DNA from: Promethearchaeota archaeon
Lineage (GTDB): Archaea > Asgardarchaeota > Lokiarchaeia > Sigyniarchaeales > SOKP01
Direction: 5' to 3'
DNA length: 64,000 nt
NCBI GenBank assembly: GCA_019058365.1
Contig: JAHPZE010000008.1
Coordinates: forward strand, 89,651-153,650
This document shows positions 39,002 to 49,412 of this stretch, in pieces. Below the pieces are notes generated by a model. That model was not told where the DNA came from. It saw only the letters and a program-made list of their open reading frames with translations, and ran no database searches. The translations under genes were made by a program, and so were the position numbers. Within the stretch, counting starts at the first letter, position 1. Each line of letters opens with the position of its first letter.

Positions 39002-40204
39002 ATGGTACAGATAACACCCTTAAAGCCCTATATTCCTATTAATCCAGAAGAATTCTGTACTAATCCATATGATATTATTAGTAAAGAAGAAGAACAAGAG
39101 TTAAAGAAAAAACCTAATTCATTAATACACCTTATATTACCAGATGGAGAAGGTGATGAAATTTACCGTAATGCTGCTAAAGCATATAATAATTTTAAAG
39201 AGAAAAAAATTATTAAGAAAATAGATACACCAAGTATATTTGTATATCGACAAGAATCCGCAAATTTCAGTCATCAAGGTTTAATATTAGGAGTTGATCT
39301 TCAGGATTATGAAGATGGAAACATAGTTAAGCATGAAAATACTCGAGAAAAACCACTTAAAGACCGTACAAATCATATTGTGTCATCTAATGTGGCTGCA
39401 GGTTTGGTTTGGACTGTTTTTCAAGCTAACAAAAAAATTAAGATTTTAATTGAAAAAATTAAACAGAAAGAACCAATATTTGATTTCGAAAAGTACGGAT
39501 ATCGTCATCTTCTATGGCAAGAAACGAATCACAAAATAATTCAAAAATTAGAAGATTTATTTAGAAACGAAAAGTTATACATTGCGGATGGGCATCACAG
39601 AGCTGCTAGTGCAGCAGAATACCGTAAAATAAGATTTAAGCAATCTAGTGTAGATATAAAAATAAAAGCTTCTTGGCAATATTTATTATCCTATGTAGCA
39701 TCGGACGATCAAATCCGGATTTTACCATATAATCGTGTTATCAGAAAATTACCAATATTAGAGAAAGATTTTTTAAAAAGATTAGAAAGTAATTTTGAAA
39801 TCATTTCTATGAAGCAAGCATTCAATCCTGAGAAGAAAAATGAATTAGCAATATGCCTGAAAGGACAGTGGTATAAAATAGTAGTTAAAAATAAAAATTT
39901 TAAAACTAAACGAGATAGCTTAGATGCTGCCGTTCTTCAAGATAAAATTCTCGAACCCATTTTAGGTATTAAAGATCCTCGTTCTGACGAAAACATATTT
40001 TTTGTAGGAGGTAAACAAGATCCTAAAGAAATGGAAAAATATGTTGCAGATGAAGGAAATGATTTATTTGTTAATTTATATCCAGTGGATATCAGAGATT
40101 TGGAAATAATCGGAGATGAAGGAGAGGTAATGCCGCCAAAATCTACTTGGTTTGATCCCAAAGTTCTTTCAGGGTTAATTTTACACGATTTAGTAGAAAA
40201 TTAA
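39002..40204 (+). CDS. DUF1015 family protein
   Basis: PYD, HE.T, YIADGHHR, I.PYNR, MPPKSTWF.PK..SGL. Confidence 0.92.
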   Translation: MVQITPLKPYIPINPEEFCTNPYDIISKEEEQELKKKPNSLIHLILPDGEGDEIYRNAAKAYNNFKEKKIIKKIDTPSIFVYRQESANFSHQGLILGVDLQDYEDGNIVKHENTREKPLKDRTNHIVSSNVAAGLVWTVFQANKKIKILIEKIKQKEPIFDFEKYGYRHLLWQETNHKIIQKLEDLFRNEKLYIADGHHRAASAAEYRKIRFKQSSVDIKIKASWQYLLSYVASDDQIRILPYNRVIRKLPILEKDFLKRLESNFEIISMKQAFNPEKKNELAICLKGQWYKIVVKNKNFKTKRDSLDAAVLQDKILEPILGIKDPRSDENIFFVGGKQDPKEMEKYVADEGNDLFVNLYPVDIRDLEIIGDEGEVMPPKSTWFDPKVLSGLILHDLVEN

Positions 40205-40217
40205 AAAAAATAATTAG

Positions 40218-41150
40218 TTATTTACTTTTTAGGAAATTTGATATTTTTTCAGCAACCATAATAGCTGCAGCAGTTTGATTTTCAATACTTTGGGATGCTA
40301 TATGTGGTGTTAGCACGAGATTCTCATCATATTTAATTAATTCTTGATCATTTAATGGTTCTTCACGAAACACATCAAGAGCAGCACCCGCAATATTTTT
40401 GTTCTTTAATGCGTTCAATAAAGCTTTATTGTCAATTAAATTACCTCTTGCTGTATTAATGATTATAGCGTCTTTCCTCATTAATTTAATGCGCTCTTCA
40501 TTGATTATATTTTCAGTTTGAGGTGAAGAAGGAAGGTGTAATGAAACAACTTGTGCTTCTTTTAATAGATCTTCAACTGAAGGATAAATTGAGCATCCAA
40601 TTTCTATAGCCTCATCAATGGCTACTTGTCCTTTACTAAATCTAGAATAAACCCCAACTTCCATTCCCATAACAATTGCAATTTTTGCTAAATGTTTTGC
40701 TATATTTCCAAACCCTACTAAGCCAAGTTTTTTACCATTTAAGGTATATCCTAAACATTCATTTTTCTTCCATTGTGCTTCGTGGGTTGTACGATCAGCA
40801 TAGGAAATTTTTCTTGCTAATGTTAGCATTAAACCTAATGCAAATTCTGCCACAGAAACGGCGGGAGCTTCAGGAGTATTTAAAACCTTTATGTTCATCT
40901 CAGTTGCTTTATTTATATCAACATTATCTAAACCAACTCCTGCTCTACCAATCGCTTTTAAGTTCTTTGCATTTTCTAATACATCAGCAGTTAATTTTGT
41001 TCTTGAACGAATTACTATTCCATCATAATCTCCAATTTCATTCTTAAGTTCTTCCTTAGTAATTGTAAATTTCTTTACGACTTCAAATCCATTTGCTTCA
41101 AATATCTTAATCCCATCATCCTCAAGTTTATCGCTAATTAATATTTTCAT
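40218..41150 (-). CDS. serA: D-3-phosphoglycerate dehydrogenase-like D-2-hydroxyacid dehydrogenase (no ACT domain)
   Basis: RAGVGLDNVD, SVAE, GFGNI, NTARG, LDVF..EP, TPHI; adjacent to a class V aminotransferase and DUF1015. Confidence 0.8.
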   Translation of the reverse strand: MKILISDKLEDDGIKIFEANGFEVVKKFTITKEELKNEIGDYDGIVIRSRTKLTADVLENAKNLKAIGRAGVGLDNVDINKATEMNIKVLNTPEAPAVSVAEFALGLMLTLARKISYADRTTHEAQWKKNECLGYTLNGKKLGLVGFGNIAKHLAKIAIVMGMEVGVYSRFSKGQVAIDEAIEIGCSIYPSVEDLLKEAQVVSLHLPSSPQTENIINEERIKLMRKDAIIINTARGNLIDNKALLNALKNKNIAGAALDVFREEPLNDQELIKYDENLVLTPHIASQSIENQTAAAIMVAEKISNFLKSK

Positions 41151-41294
41151 TTACATCACACGGATTGAATTTAATTAGATTGAATATTTCTTTTAGTTTA
41201 CAAATCTTTAAAGAGTTTTTGTTTAATTATACTGAACTCTGTGTAAAAAAAGAAAGATAAAAAAAAATCATTTATATAACAAATTAAATCATGT

Positions 41295-42407
41295 TCATTT
41301 TAACTTGTTTATAATTTCTGTAAGAATTTTTAACATTTCTTCAAGATCTTTAAGTTGAATCTCTCCCATATGTCCAATACGAAATGTTTTATTTACTAAA
41401 TTTCCATATCCATTAACAATTCGATAACCTTCGCCTAGAAGCATAGAAACCATTTTTGGAATATCAAGATTTAATGAATTTCTTATTGTAGAAACTGTAT
41501 TTGATTCATATCCTTTTTCAGGAAACATCTCGAGATTGATATCGTTTGCCCACTTACGCGTTTGTTTTCCTAATTGTTCATGTCTTTCAAATCTCTTCTT
41601 TAAACCTTCTTCATTCAATATAAAATCTAATTGAGCGGTTAAGCCTCTTATTTGTGGTATAGGGGGTGTAGCTGGAGTTTGATGTTTTGCATTACTCTTT
41701 TTTAATCCAATAAGATCGAAATACAAACCCCTATTTATTACTTTTTCTGCTTTATCGAATGCTGCATCCGATACGGAACAAACAGCAAGTCCAGGCGGTA
41801 AAGCAAAACATTTTTGAACAGAAGCTAAGCAAACATCAATATTCAATTTATCAACTTCCACTTTAATACCTGCCATTGAAGAAGTTGCATCTACACATAA
41901 TAAAGCGCCTGAATCCTTGATTATTGGTGCTAAATTATCAATGGGATTATAAACACCAGTGGATGTTTCATTTGCCTGAATAAAAACGACTGGATATTTA
42001 TCTTTACTTAAAGCTTCTTGAGCAACCTCGGGAGTTATCACTTTCCCCCATTCAACTCCTTCTTTAACAGATATTTTTCCATTTGATACTCCTATCTCAT
42101 ACCATCGATCTCCAAAAGCTCCAATTGAAAAAAATAATGCTTTCTCATCATCTTTAACTAAATTTCTAACACACGCTTCCATTATCCCTGTAGCACTTGA
42201 TGTAAAAATCAAACATTCATTTTTAGTATACAATACCTTTTGAAGGCCTTCTGTTGCCATTTGATGCATTTCTGAGTAGGGTTTTGATCTATGAGTATCA
42301 TTAGGTTTTGCTAATTCTTTTAAGACTCTCTCTGGAACATATACAGGTCCAGGAGTAAATAATTTCAATTGTGAACCTTTTTCTTTATTAAAATGAACAT
42401 CATTCAT
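41295..42407 (-). CDS. Class V aminotransferase (serine-glyoxylate/phosphoserine type)
   Basis: TPGP, HRS, NETSTG, VDATSS, SVQKCFALPPG, FRIGHMG. Confidence 0.9.
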   Translation of the reverse strand: MNDVHFNKEKGSQLKLFTPGPVYVPERVLKELAKPNDTHRSKPYSEMHQMATEGLQKVLYTKNECLIFTSSATGIMEACVRNLVKDDEKALFFSIGAFGDRWYEIGVSNGKISVKEGVEWGKVITPEVAQEALSKDKYPVVFIQANETSTGVYNPIDNLAPIIKDSGALLCVDATSSMAGIKVEVDKLNIDVCLASVQKCFALPPGLAVCSVSDAAFDKAEKVINRGLYFDLIGLKKSNAKHQTPATPPIPQIRGLTAQLDFILNEEGLKKRFERHEQLGKQTRKWANDINLEMFPEKGYESNTVSTIRNSLNLDIPKMVSMLLGEGYRIVNGYGNLVNKTFRIGHMGEIQLKDLEEMLKILTEIINKLK

Positions 42408-42628
42408 AATTAACACATTTTTCAGATTACGTAAATTTTTTAGTATGATACAATGAATTAAATAGTATGGTTTAGAATCATTTTTATTATTTTTTATTTA
42501 TATTTTTTGAATATATAAATAGAATTGTATCATAATCATTAAGTTATTTTATTTAAAGTAATTAATCGACTTAAGCTCAGTATCCATGAGATTCTTCTAA
42601 TCATTTATTTTATAAATTTTCAAATCTC

Positions 42629-43303
42629 CTACTTTATTTTGTCTAAAATAAGATTTCCATTACTATCAACTTGAAGTAAATAATCAGATATTATATAGAA
42701 AAAGATTTTAAAATTTCTAAAAGATACTAGCGATAATCCAAATTCACTTAAATAAAGTGCAGCTCTTCCTAAAACATTAAGTATTAATATAATTAAAAAA
42801 ACAATAATGTGAAATAGAAAGAAACTTTCAGGAAAAATGAGTGGAGCAGCAAAAGCCATTATACATATTGCTATAGTAATAATCCCTATTATAGTATTTA
42901 TAATTCGATATTTCAATGAATAAATCTTAATGATTATACTTTTAATAATACCAGCAATCCCAACAATGATCATCGGAAAAGCAATTAAATTGATGAGAGT
43001 TTGAAGAGTAATATTAGGGAATGAAATCAAATATCTTAAAAACCATGATGAGAAAATTATGTATATTGTTCCTAGTAAAATTTGAGTAAAATTATTCCCT
43101 CTTTCCCTATTTCTCTTATTTAAACCACTAATAATCTTCAAAAACCCCTGAATCAAAAGTGCTACAAGAGGATAAGCGATAAAATTGAAGATAGCTTCGA
43201 TCTTAAAAACTAAAAGAAAAACCAAATAAAATATAACGAGAAAACCTAATATGTAACTATCAGCACGAACTTTATCCTTATTTACGATTTCATAGTTGGC
43301 CAT
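42629..43303 (-). CDS. Membrane protein (DUF308/HdeD-like), tandem paralog 1
   Basis: 6 TM segments; shares RAALYLSEFGLS and YIISDYL with the neighbour. Confidence 0.7.
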   Translation of the reverse strand: MANYEIVNKDKVRADSYILGFLVIFYLVFLLVFKIEAIFNFIAYPLVALLIQGFLKIISGLNKRNRERGNNFTQILLGTIYIIFSSWFLRYLISFPNITLQTLINLIAFPMIIVGIAGIIKSIIIKIYSLKYRIINTIIGIITIAICIMAFAAPLIFPESFFLFHIIVFLIILILNVLGRAALYLSEFGLSLVSFRNFKIFFYIISDYLLQVDSNGNLILDKIK

Positions 43304-43438
43304 TCTTGATTATCCTAATTTGAATAAAAAAGTTTAATTGATAAATTGATTTGATTACTGAAAAATGTATCAATTTTTAAATAAGAAATTGTAATTTAAA
43401 AATCTTCATACAAAACAAATTCTTTTTAAAACCTTTTC

Positions 43439-44092
43439 TTATTCAATCTTCCTTAATATTAGATTCCCATTTCTATCTATATTTATCAAATAATCGGAAA
43501 TAATATATAGGAAAAGTCTCAAATTCCTAATATGCACAATAGATAATCCAAATTCGCTTAAGTATAAAGCTGCTCGGCTAAAAATATTAATTAAAAGTGT
43601 GAGAGAAAATACAATAATACTAAATAAGAAATTATTCATTATATTTGACAAAACTAACATGCAAATTATAAATGTAATTATACCAATATATATATTCACT
43701 CTTCGATACTTTAATGAGTAGATATCAATTATACTTCCTTTTATGATACCTGCAAATGCTACAATCAACATCGGAAATGCAATTAATGCAACTATTCTCT
43801 GAGATGTAATATTAGGTTGTGTTAGAATAAAATATAAGAATAATACTGAAAAATTAATATAAATAATTCCTGATAAAATCTTATTAAGTTTTCCGTGATT
43901 TTTATTATTCCTTTTTTCAAGAACGCTGACAATATTTAAAATACCCAGGCATGTTAAAGATGCAAATGGATAGACTATAATGGATAAAAGTGCATCTAAA
44001 GGGAAAAATATGGCAAAAAGAAGAAAACAAACAACTAATAAAATAGTAATATAGTTGTCAGCACGAATCTTATTTTTATTTATCAAATCCAA
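43439..44092 (-). CDS. Membrane protein (DUF308/HdeD-like), tandem paralog 2
   Basis: Clear paralog of 42629-43303. Confidence 0.7.
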   Translation of the reverse strand: MDLINKNKIRADNYITILLVVCFLLFAIFFPLDALLSIIVYPFASLTCLGILNIVSVLEKRNNKNHGKLNKILSGIIYINFSVLFLYFILTQPNITSQRIVALIAFPMLIVAFAGIIKGSIIDIYSLKYRRVNIYIGIITFIICMLVLSNIMNNFLFSIIVFSLTLLINIFSRAALYLSEFGLSIVHIRNLRLFLYIISDYLINIDRNGNLILRKIE

Positions 44093-44239
44093 GTTTATAA
44101 TTCAAGTATCACTCTCATGAATATTTCTTATATATTATAAAATAGTTATTCTTATTTTTAATGTCTCTATTAATTCTTCTGAAAATTCAAAATATTAAAA
44201 CAGATTTACTTATTTTAAACATAAAATTAACTTCTCTTA

Positions 44240-45175
44240 TTACAAGAATAAAATCATATAATTACCGATAATAATTAAAATCACAGCAACTATAAACCTT
44301 TTACGAAACTTTTCTTTCAAAATTAAAATTGAAAAAATTTGTTGAACCATAGGTGTATTTGCCGTAAATGTGGATGTTAATATCAATCCATTAATCTCTG
44401 CGGCTTTAATATATATAGCATCTGCGAAACCTAAAGATAATATTCCAGCTATTCCGATGTAAATAAAATATTTTAAATTATTCCTATTTTCATTTTTAAA
44501 TCCAGCATAGTACTCGCGTTGAAATAGACCTAATATCGCTATGGCGATCATACCAAAGCCTACTCTAAAAAAATTAGAAATAAAAACATCTCCACTTAAA
44601 ATTCTAGCTTGGTTAAATGAAACGTAAGCAAGCGCCCAGAAAAAAGCTGTACCAATTGCTAACAAAACACCTATAATTAAATCTTCCGAAATTCTTTCTC
44701 TTACACTCTTCTTTATAACAGTTTTTTCAGACTTATCTTTTGTACTTAGAATAAAAACACTTGAGAGTATTAAGACGCCACCAAGTATAATTGAAAATGT
44801 GATTTTTTCATCCAAAAAGAAAATAGAGAAGAATATTACAAAAATTAATGAGATTTGCACGAGGGGATAAGTACGTGAAGCATCTATTTTTTTTAATGAC
44901 ATATAATACATCAAATCTCCAATGGTTACACTAATTCCTGAGATTAAACATGCGATTAAATAGGCAATTAATTCTGAATTATTTAGATCTTTTATAATAA
45001 GATAATTCCCAAATATTAGAGAGAACACGAAGGTTCCAAGAGTGGTACAACATAATCTAAAAAATAAATTTGCTTTTGGTTGAGTTTTTCCAAGCCCCCA
45101 CTTGTATACTAATGATGCTAAAGCCCATGTAAATATAGCATCAAGAGTTAAAATATATCCAATTAATTCAGCCAT
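44240..45175 (-). CDS. DMT/EamA-family transporter
   Basis: 10 TM segments in two repeats; FLDEKI and ILKEKF. Confidence 0.9.
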   Translation of the reverse strand: MAELIGYILTLDAIFTWALASLVYKWGLGKTQPKANLFFRLCCTTLGTFVFSLIFGNYLIIKDLNNSELIAYLIACLISGISVTIGDLMYYMSLKKIDASRTYPLVQISLIFVIFFSIFFLDEKITFSIILGGVLILSSVFILSTKDKSEKTVIKKSVRERISEDLIIGVLLAIGTAFFWALAYVSFNQARILSGDVFISNFFRVGFGMIAIAILGLFQREYYAGFKNENRNNLKYFIYIGIAGILSLGFADAIYIKAAEINGLILTSTFTANTPMVQQIFSILILKEKFRKRFIVAVILIIIGNYMILFL

Positions 45176-45215
45176 TTAAAAATTATTATTTAAAATAATT
45201 TTAAAATTATTGTTT

Positions 45216-46394
45216 TTATTTCATTGATTTTAATTTTGATAAAAAGTCTCTTGTTGGAGCTTGGTTAAATAGGAACATATTAACTACCTCATCTCTGATA
45301 TGATCGTCAGTTTCAGCTAAGTGGAACATATTGTTAAGATTTACACCATTATTTTCATAAAAAAAATCTACTATTGAGACTTTCATTTTAAAATTTCTAA
45401 TGATTTTTTTGACATTTGGATAAGACTTATAGCTCCTTAGAGTTTGATTAGAAATATTATCATTTTCTAAAGCTCTAATTGCGGTATCCCCCGCAGCCTT
45501 TCCAGAAACTATACAAGTATGTATTCCCTCACCACTAATAGGTGATACAAAACCAGCAGCATCACCGATGATCATAATATTGTCTTTGAATAAACTCTTT
45601 TCCTTAACTCCTAATGCTGGTATTGGATATGATCCCCTCCAAATCTCTTTATAATTTTTATTTGGAAAGAATTTCTTTAAATTTGGATCATGAATAAACT
45701 CATTATAAGCTTGATTCAAATTGTTATCAATATTTGCCTCCAACCAAGTACCACATCCAATATTGAAATGAGTTTCATCTAATGGAAAAATCCAACCATA
45801 TCCTTTATATCTCCTAAAAAATAATGAAATTGCAGATTTATCTAATAAATTTTTTCCTTCCATTATTGCGCACTTACATAAACCTATTTCATCAATTTTC
45901 CACTTGTTTCTCAATCCAGACAAAGGTGCTATTTTTGAGCTCATTCCATCAGCAATTACTATAATCTTACCTAAGTATTCTTTAGTTCCATTCGGAGTTT
46001 TAGTTTTTATTCCAATTTTCTGATTATTTTTAAACACAAAATCAAAAGAAAGATTCTTATCAAAGAGTTCAGCCCCAGCATCTATAGCTATATTTCTTAT
46101 GAAATTATCGAATTCTAATCTATCTACAGTCAATGAAGGTTCTGTTATATCCTTCCAGGAATACTCTAACTTATGATAATCTCCAGAATAAATTGTTATT
46201 CCGGTAATAGGCATCAAATCTAATTTTCGTAATTGAGGGTAATACTTGAAAATTCTTGAACTTACAGCTCCTCCGCATGGCTTACGCCAACCGGTATTTC
46301 TTTCAATTAGAGCGACTTTAAATCCACTTTTTGCTAAAACTTCAGCACATTTAGAGCCAGCTGGTCCTGCTCCAGAAATTACTACATCATACAT
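45216..46394 (-). CDS. Geranylgeranyl reductase family flavoprotein
   Basis: YDVVISGAGPAG, KPCGG, ADG, YGWIFP, GDAAGFVSP.SGEGI. Confidence 0.9.
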   Translation of the reverse strand: MYDVVISGAGPAGSKCAEVLAKSGFKVALIERNTGWRKPCGGAVSSRIFKYYPQLRKLDLMPITGITIYSGDYHKLEYSWKDITEPSLTVDRLEFDNFIRNIAIDAGAELFDKNLSFDFVFKNNQKIGIKTKTPNGTKEYLGKIIVIADGMSSKIAPLSGLRNKWKIDEIGLCKCAIMEGKNLLDKSAISLFFRRYKGYGWIFPLDETHFNIGCGTWLEANIDNNLNQAYNEFIHDPNLKKFFPNKNYKEIWRGSYPIPALGVKEKSLFKDNIMIIGDAAGFVSPISGEGIHTCIVSGKAAGDTAIRALENDNISNQTLRSYKSYPNVKKIIRNFKMKVSIVDFFYENNGVNLNNMFHLAETDDHIRDEVVNMFLFNQAPTRDFLSKLKSMK

Positions 46395-46519
46395 CTTAAG
46401 TCTTTAAAATTTTGTATACTAATTAATTGATTCGATAATAAAAAACTTAATGCTAAAATGATAAAAAATTAATAAAAAATTAAAAAAAATTATAAAAACG
46501 AGAGTTCTTTAATGAAATT

Positions 46520-47212
46520 ATGAGAAAAGAAGATTTATTAAAGCCAGCGGATTCTGAATTTTTGGGAAATTCTATAAGTAGCATTTCAAAATCTCAAAAA
46601 AATAACGCTCAAACTTTAAAAACAGGAACAACTACAGTAGGATTAACAGTAAAAGATGCCGTTATATTAGGAACAGATAAAAGAGCTACAATGGCTTATT
46701 TTGTAGCAAGTAAAGTTGCTGAAAAGTTGTATAAAATCCAGGAACACTTCTGGATCACAACTGCTGGCTCCGTAGCAGATTGCCAGTACTTAGTCGACGT
46801 TTTACAAGCTGAAACTACTATATATCAATTAGAACATGATGGCAAACCAATGTTAATAAAATCTGCTGGAAAAATGTTATCAAATATTTTATACCAAAAT
46901 AAGATGTTTCCTTTTGAAGTAGGTTTAATACTAGGTGGAGTTACAGAAGAGGAAGGACCAACTATTTTAGATATAAGTGCGTATGGATCCATCTTACCTG
47001 AAAAATATTGCGCAATCGGTAGTGGGCAGAATTTTTCTTATGGTGTGTTAGAGGCTAAGTATAAAGATAATTTAACTATTGAAGAGGGTAAAGAAATTAT
47101 AAAAAAAGCGATTACCGCTTCAATTATTCGAGATATGGCATCTGGTAATGGCATAGATATTGCTGTCATTAAAGCTTCTGAACCCGCCGAGCGAGAATTT
47201 ATACCTATATGA
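46520..47212 (+). CDS. psmB: Proteasome beta subunit
   Basis: Propeptide ending KTG|TTTVG, DKRAT, AGSVAD, GSG, RDMASG. Confidence 0.95.
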   Translation: MRKEDLLKPADSEFLGNSISSISKSQKNNAQTLKTGTTTVGLTVKDAVILGTDKRATMAYFVASKVAEKLYKIQEHFWITTAGSVADCQYLVDVLQAETTIYQLEHDGKPMLIKSAGKMLSNILYQNKMFPFEVGLILGGVTEEEGPTILDISAYGSILPEKYCAIGSGQNFSYGVLEAKYKDNLTIEEGKEIIKKAITASIIRDMASGNGIDIAVIKASEPAEREFIPI

Positions 47213-47449
47213 AACTACATTTAAAAAGTTGTAATTTCATTATTTTTATTCTTATTATTTAAGTTTTACCTATTATAATTTTCATTTAAAAAAATTTAAA
47301 AGAAAATATTTAATAATAAGGATAGCATTACTTTATAAAAATATACTATATATTCTTAAGCTAGAAGGATTATCTCTTAATAGAACTTGGAATTATTAAT
47401 TAAAACTGGTACTAATCAATAGAAAACAAGAAAATAGCGGTGTATTAAA

Positions 47450-48178
47450 ATGCCTTATGAAATTATCGTAGACTTGTCTCATAAAGAAAAATTAGAAGAG
47501 TTTCCAGAATTCGCACTAGGGGAAGATGATTTTGAAATTAGCTATATTGATAAAACTGAAGGACCAATTGAATTTGATATGCTTGAAGATTTTGATATTT
47601 TATTTATTGGAAATATCCAACATACTAAAGATGGGAAAAAAGATAAATTTACACAAGACGAATTAAAAGCAATTAAAAAATATATCGGAGAAGGCGGAGG
47701 ACTCCTATTAACTAGTGGAGAGGGTGGGGATCAAGATATTCCAATGAAACACGGGTCTATTAGAGTCTTATATAAAATGACTGGTGTTCGAAGATTTTGG
47801 AATGGAGTTATTCAAGAAGCACCCTCAAATTATCTTATTAAAAAAAAGAATGTTTTAATAACAGAATTATTTAACCATCCTATAACGGAAGGGATTACTG
47901 AACTTGTCTTACCTAATTGCACTTTTTTTACACTTACAGAAGAGGAAGTAGAGGATTTAATTGTTACCTCTGAAAAAGCTGAATTTAAATATTATAGTGA
48001 TGATGAAATTGGAGCTCTTGGGCCCGTACCTATATGTGTAGTTTCTGAATTCTATAACGGGAGATGTGTTACTATTGGTTCCTCAGATTGGCTTTTAGAA
48101 GACGATTTTGGATTAGATGCGGGAGATAATCTTAAATTTTTATCGAATATTATCGAATGGCTCTCTTTTGAGATTTAA
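47450..48178 (+). CDS. GIFT-domain (GldG/IFT52-like, DUF4350-like) soluble protein
   Basis: KFTQDELKAIKKYIGEGGGLLL..GEGG, HPITEG, GR.V.IGS, DN.KF..NIIEWL. Confidence 0.75.
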   Translation: MPYEIIVDLSHKEKLEEFPEFALGEDDFEISYIDKTEGPIEFDMLEDFDILFIGNIQHTKDGKKDKFTQDELKAIKKYIGEGGGLLLTSGEGGDQDIPMKHGSIRVLYKMTGVRRFWNGVIQEAPSNYLIKKKNVLITELFNHPITEGITELVLPNCTFFTLTEEEVEDLIVTSEKAEFKYYSDDEIGALGPVPICVVSEFYNGRCVTIGSSDWLLEDDFGLDAGDNLKFLSNIIEWLSFEI

Positions 48179-48202
48179 TTAGTTAACCTTAATCATTTTA
48201 TT

Positions 48203-49315
48203 ATGGTTTTTAGAGTTTTTCGACCGGAAGCTGTATCTGTATGGAAAAATGAAGAAATATTTAAACGATTTTCAAAATATAGAGGAATACTTGATGGGAA
48301 ACTGTTAGCTAGATATTTGGTTGCTAAGAGTGTAAAATGCGATTTTAACCTAAGTGATCCAGTAGAAAAGCTTGAGAGCTTATTGAAAGAGAAATCCCTT
48401 GAGTTTAACAAACTTCTTAATAAGGATTCAAATAATTTGAAAAATCGTGTTGTTCAAGAAATTAACTATATAACTCTCGCCGAAACAATAGCAATTAAAT
48501 ATTTGCAAGCTTGTATGTTCTGCGAACGTCAATGTAAAGCGAATCGAATGAGTGGTGAGAAGGGATTCTGCTTAATCTCAAAAGATTCATATGTGTCTTC
48601 TGCTTTCCTTCATATGGGTGAAGAACCCTTATTAATTCCGAGTGGTACTATTTTTTTTCAAGGATGTAATTTTGGATGTGTATTTTGTCAAAATTATGAT
48701 ATTTCTCAAGCATGGAAAGGGAAAAAAAAAATTGAAGATGTAGCTCAAAAAGTTAATACTCTCCAATTGGCATCTATTACTGAAAAACTTGTTGATAAAG
48801 GTGCAATAAATGTAAATTATGTGGGAGGAGATCCCATCCCTAACATTCACACTATTGTAGGGAGTTTAAAATTTCAAAAATCTAATATCTGTCAGTTATG
48901 GAACTCAAATTTTTTCTTAACTGATAAATCTTTATCGTTAATAATAGATTTTATGGATTTTTGGCTACCTGACTTTAAATATGGTAATAATGAATGTGGT
49001 AAAAAATATTCTGGAATTGATAATTATTTTGATGTAGTTGCTAGAAATCATAAAAGAATCCATGATGAGGGAAGTGGAGAAATCTGTATTAGACATTTAG
49101 TGATGCCAAATCATATCGAATGTTGTACTAAACCAATATTAGATTATGTTGCTAAAGAGCTCCCCAAAGCTGTAATGAACATCATGGGTCAATATAGACC
49201 TCAATATAAGGCATTTAATTATGAAGAAATAAATAGAAGTCCTACATCTGAAGAAATGCATGAGGTAAAAATGTATGCTCAAAAATTAGGAATAGTATTT
49301 GAGCCATTATCATAA
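48203..49315 (+). CDS. Radical SAM protein, PflX-like
   Basis: H.GEEP, SGTIFF.GCNFGCVFCQN..IS, PDFKYGN, RHLVMP, M.QYRP. Confidence 0.9.
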   Translation: MVFRVFRPEAVSVWKNEEIFKRFSKYRGILDGKLLARYLVAKSVKCDFNLSDPVEKLESLLKEKSLEFNKLLNKDSNNLKNRVVQEINYITLAETIAIKYLQACMFCERQCKANRMSGEKGFCLISKDSYVSSAFLHMGEEPLLIPSGTIFFQGCNFGCVFCQNYDISQAWKGKKKIEDVAQKVNTLQLASITEKLVDKGAINVNYVGGDPIPNIHTIVGSLKFQKSNICQLWNSNFFLTDKSLSLIIDFMDFWLPDFKYGNNECGKKYSGIDNYFDVVARNHKRIHDEGSGEICIRHLVMPNHIECCTKPILDYVAKELPKAVMNIMGQYRPQYKAFNYEEINRSPTSEEMHEVKMYAQKLGIVFEPLS

Positions 49316-49412
49316 CGAATTCTTTATTTTAGAAAAATCTATAAGTAATTAAATATTACAAAATTTAATTTTTAACACCTCTACTTTTAAAAATAAACAT
49401 AAATGAGTTGAA

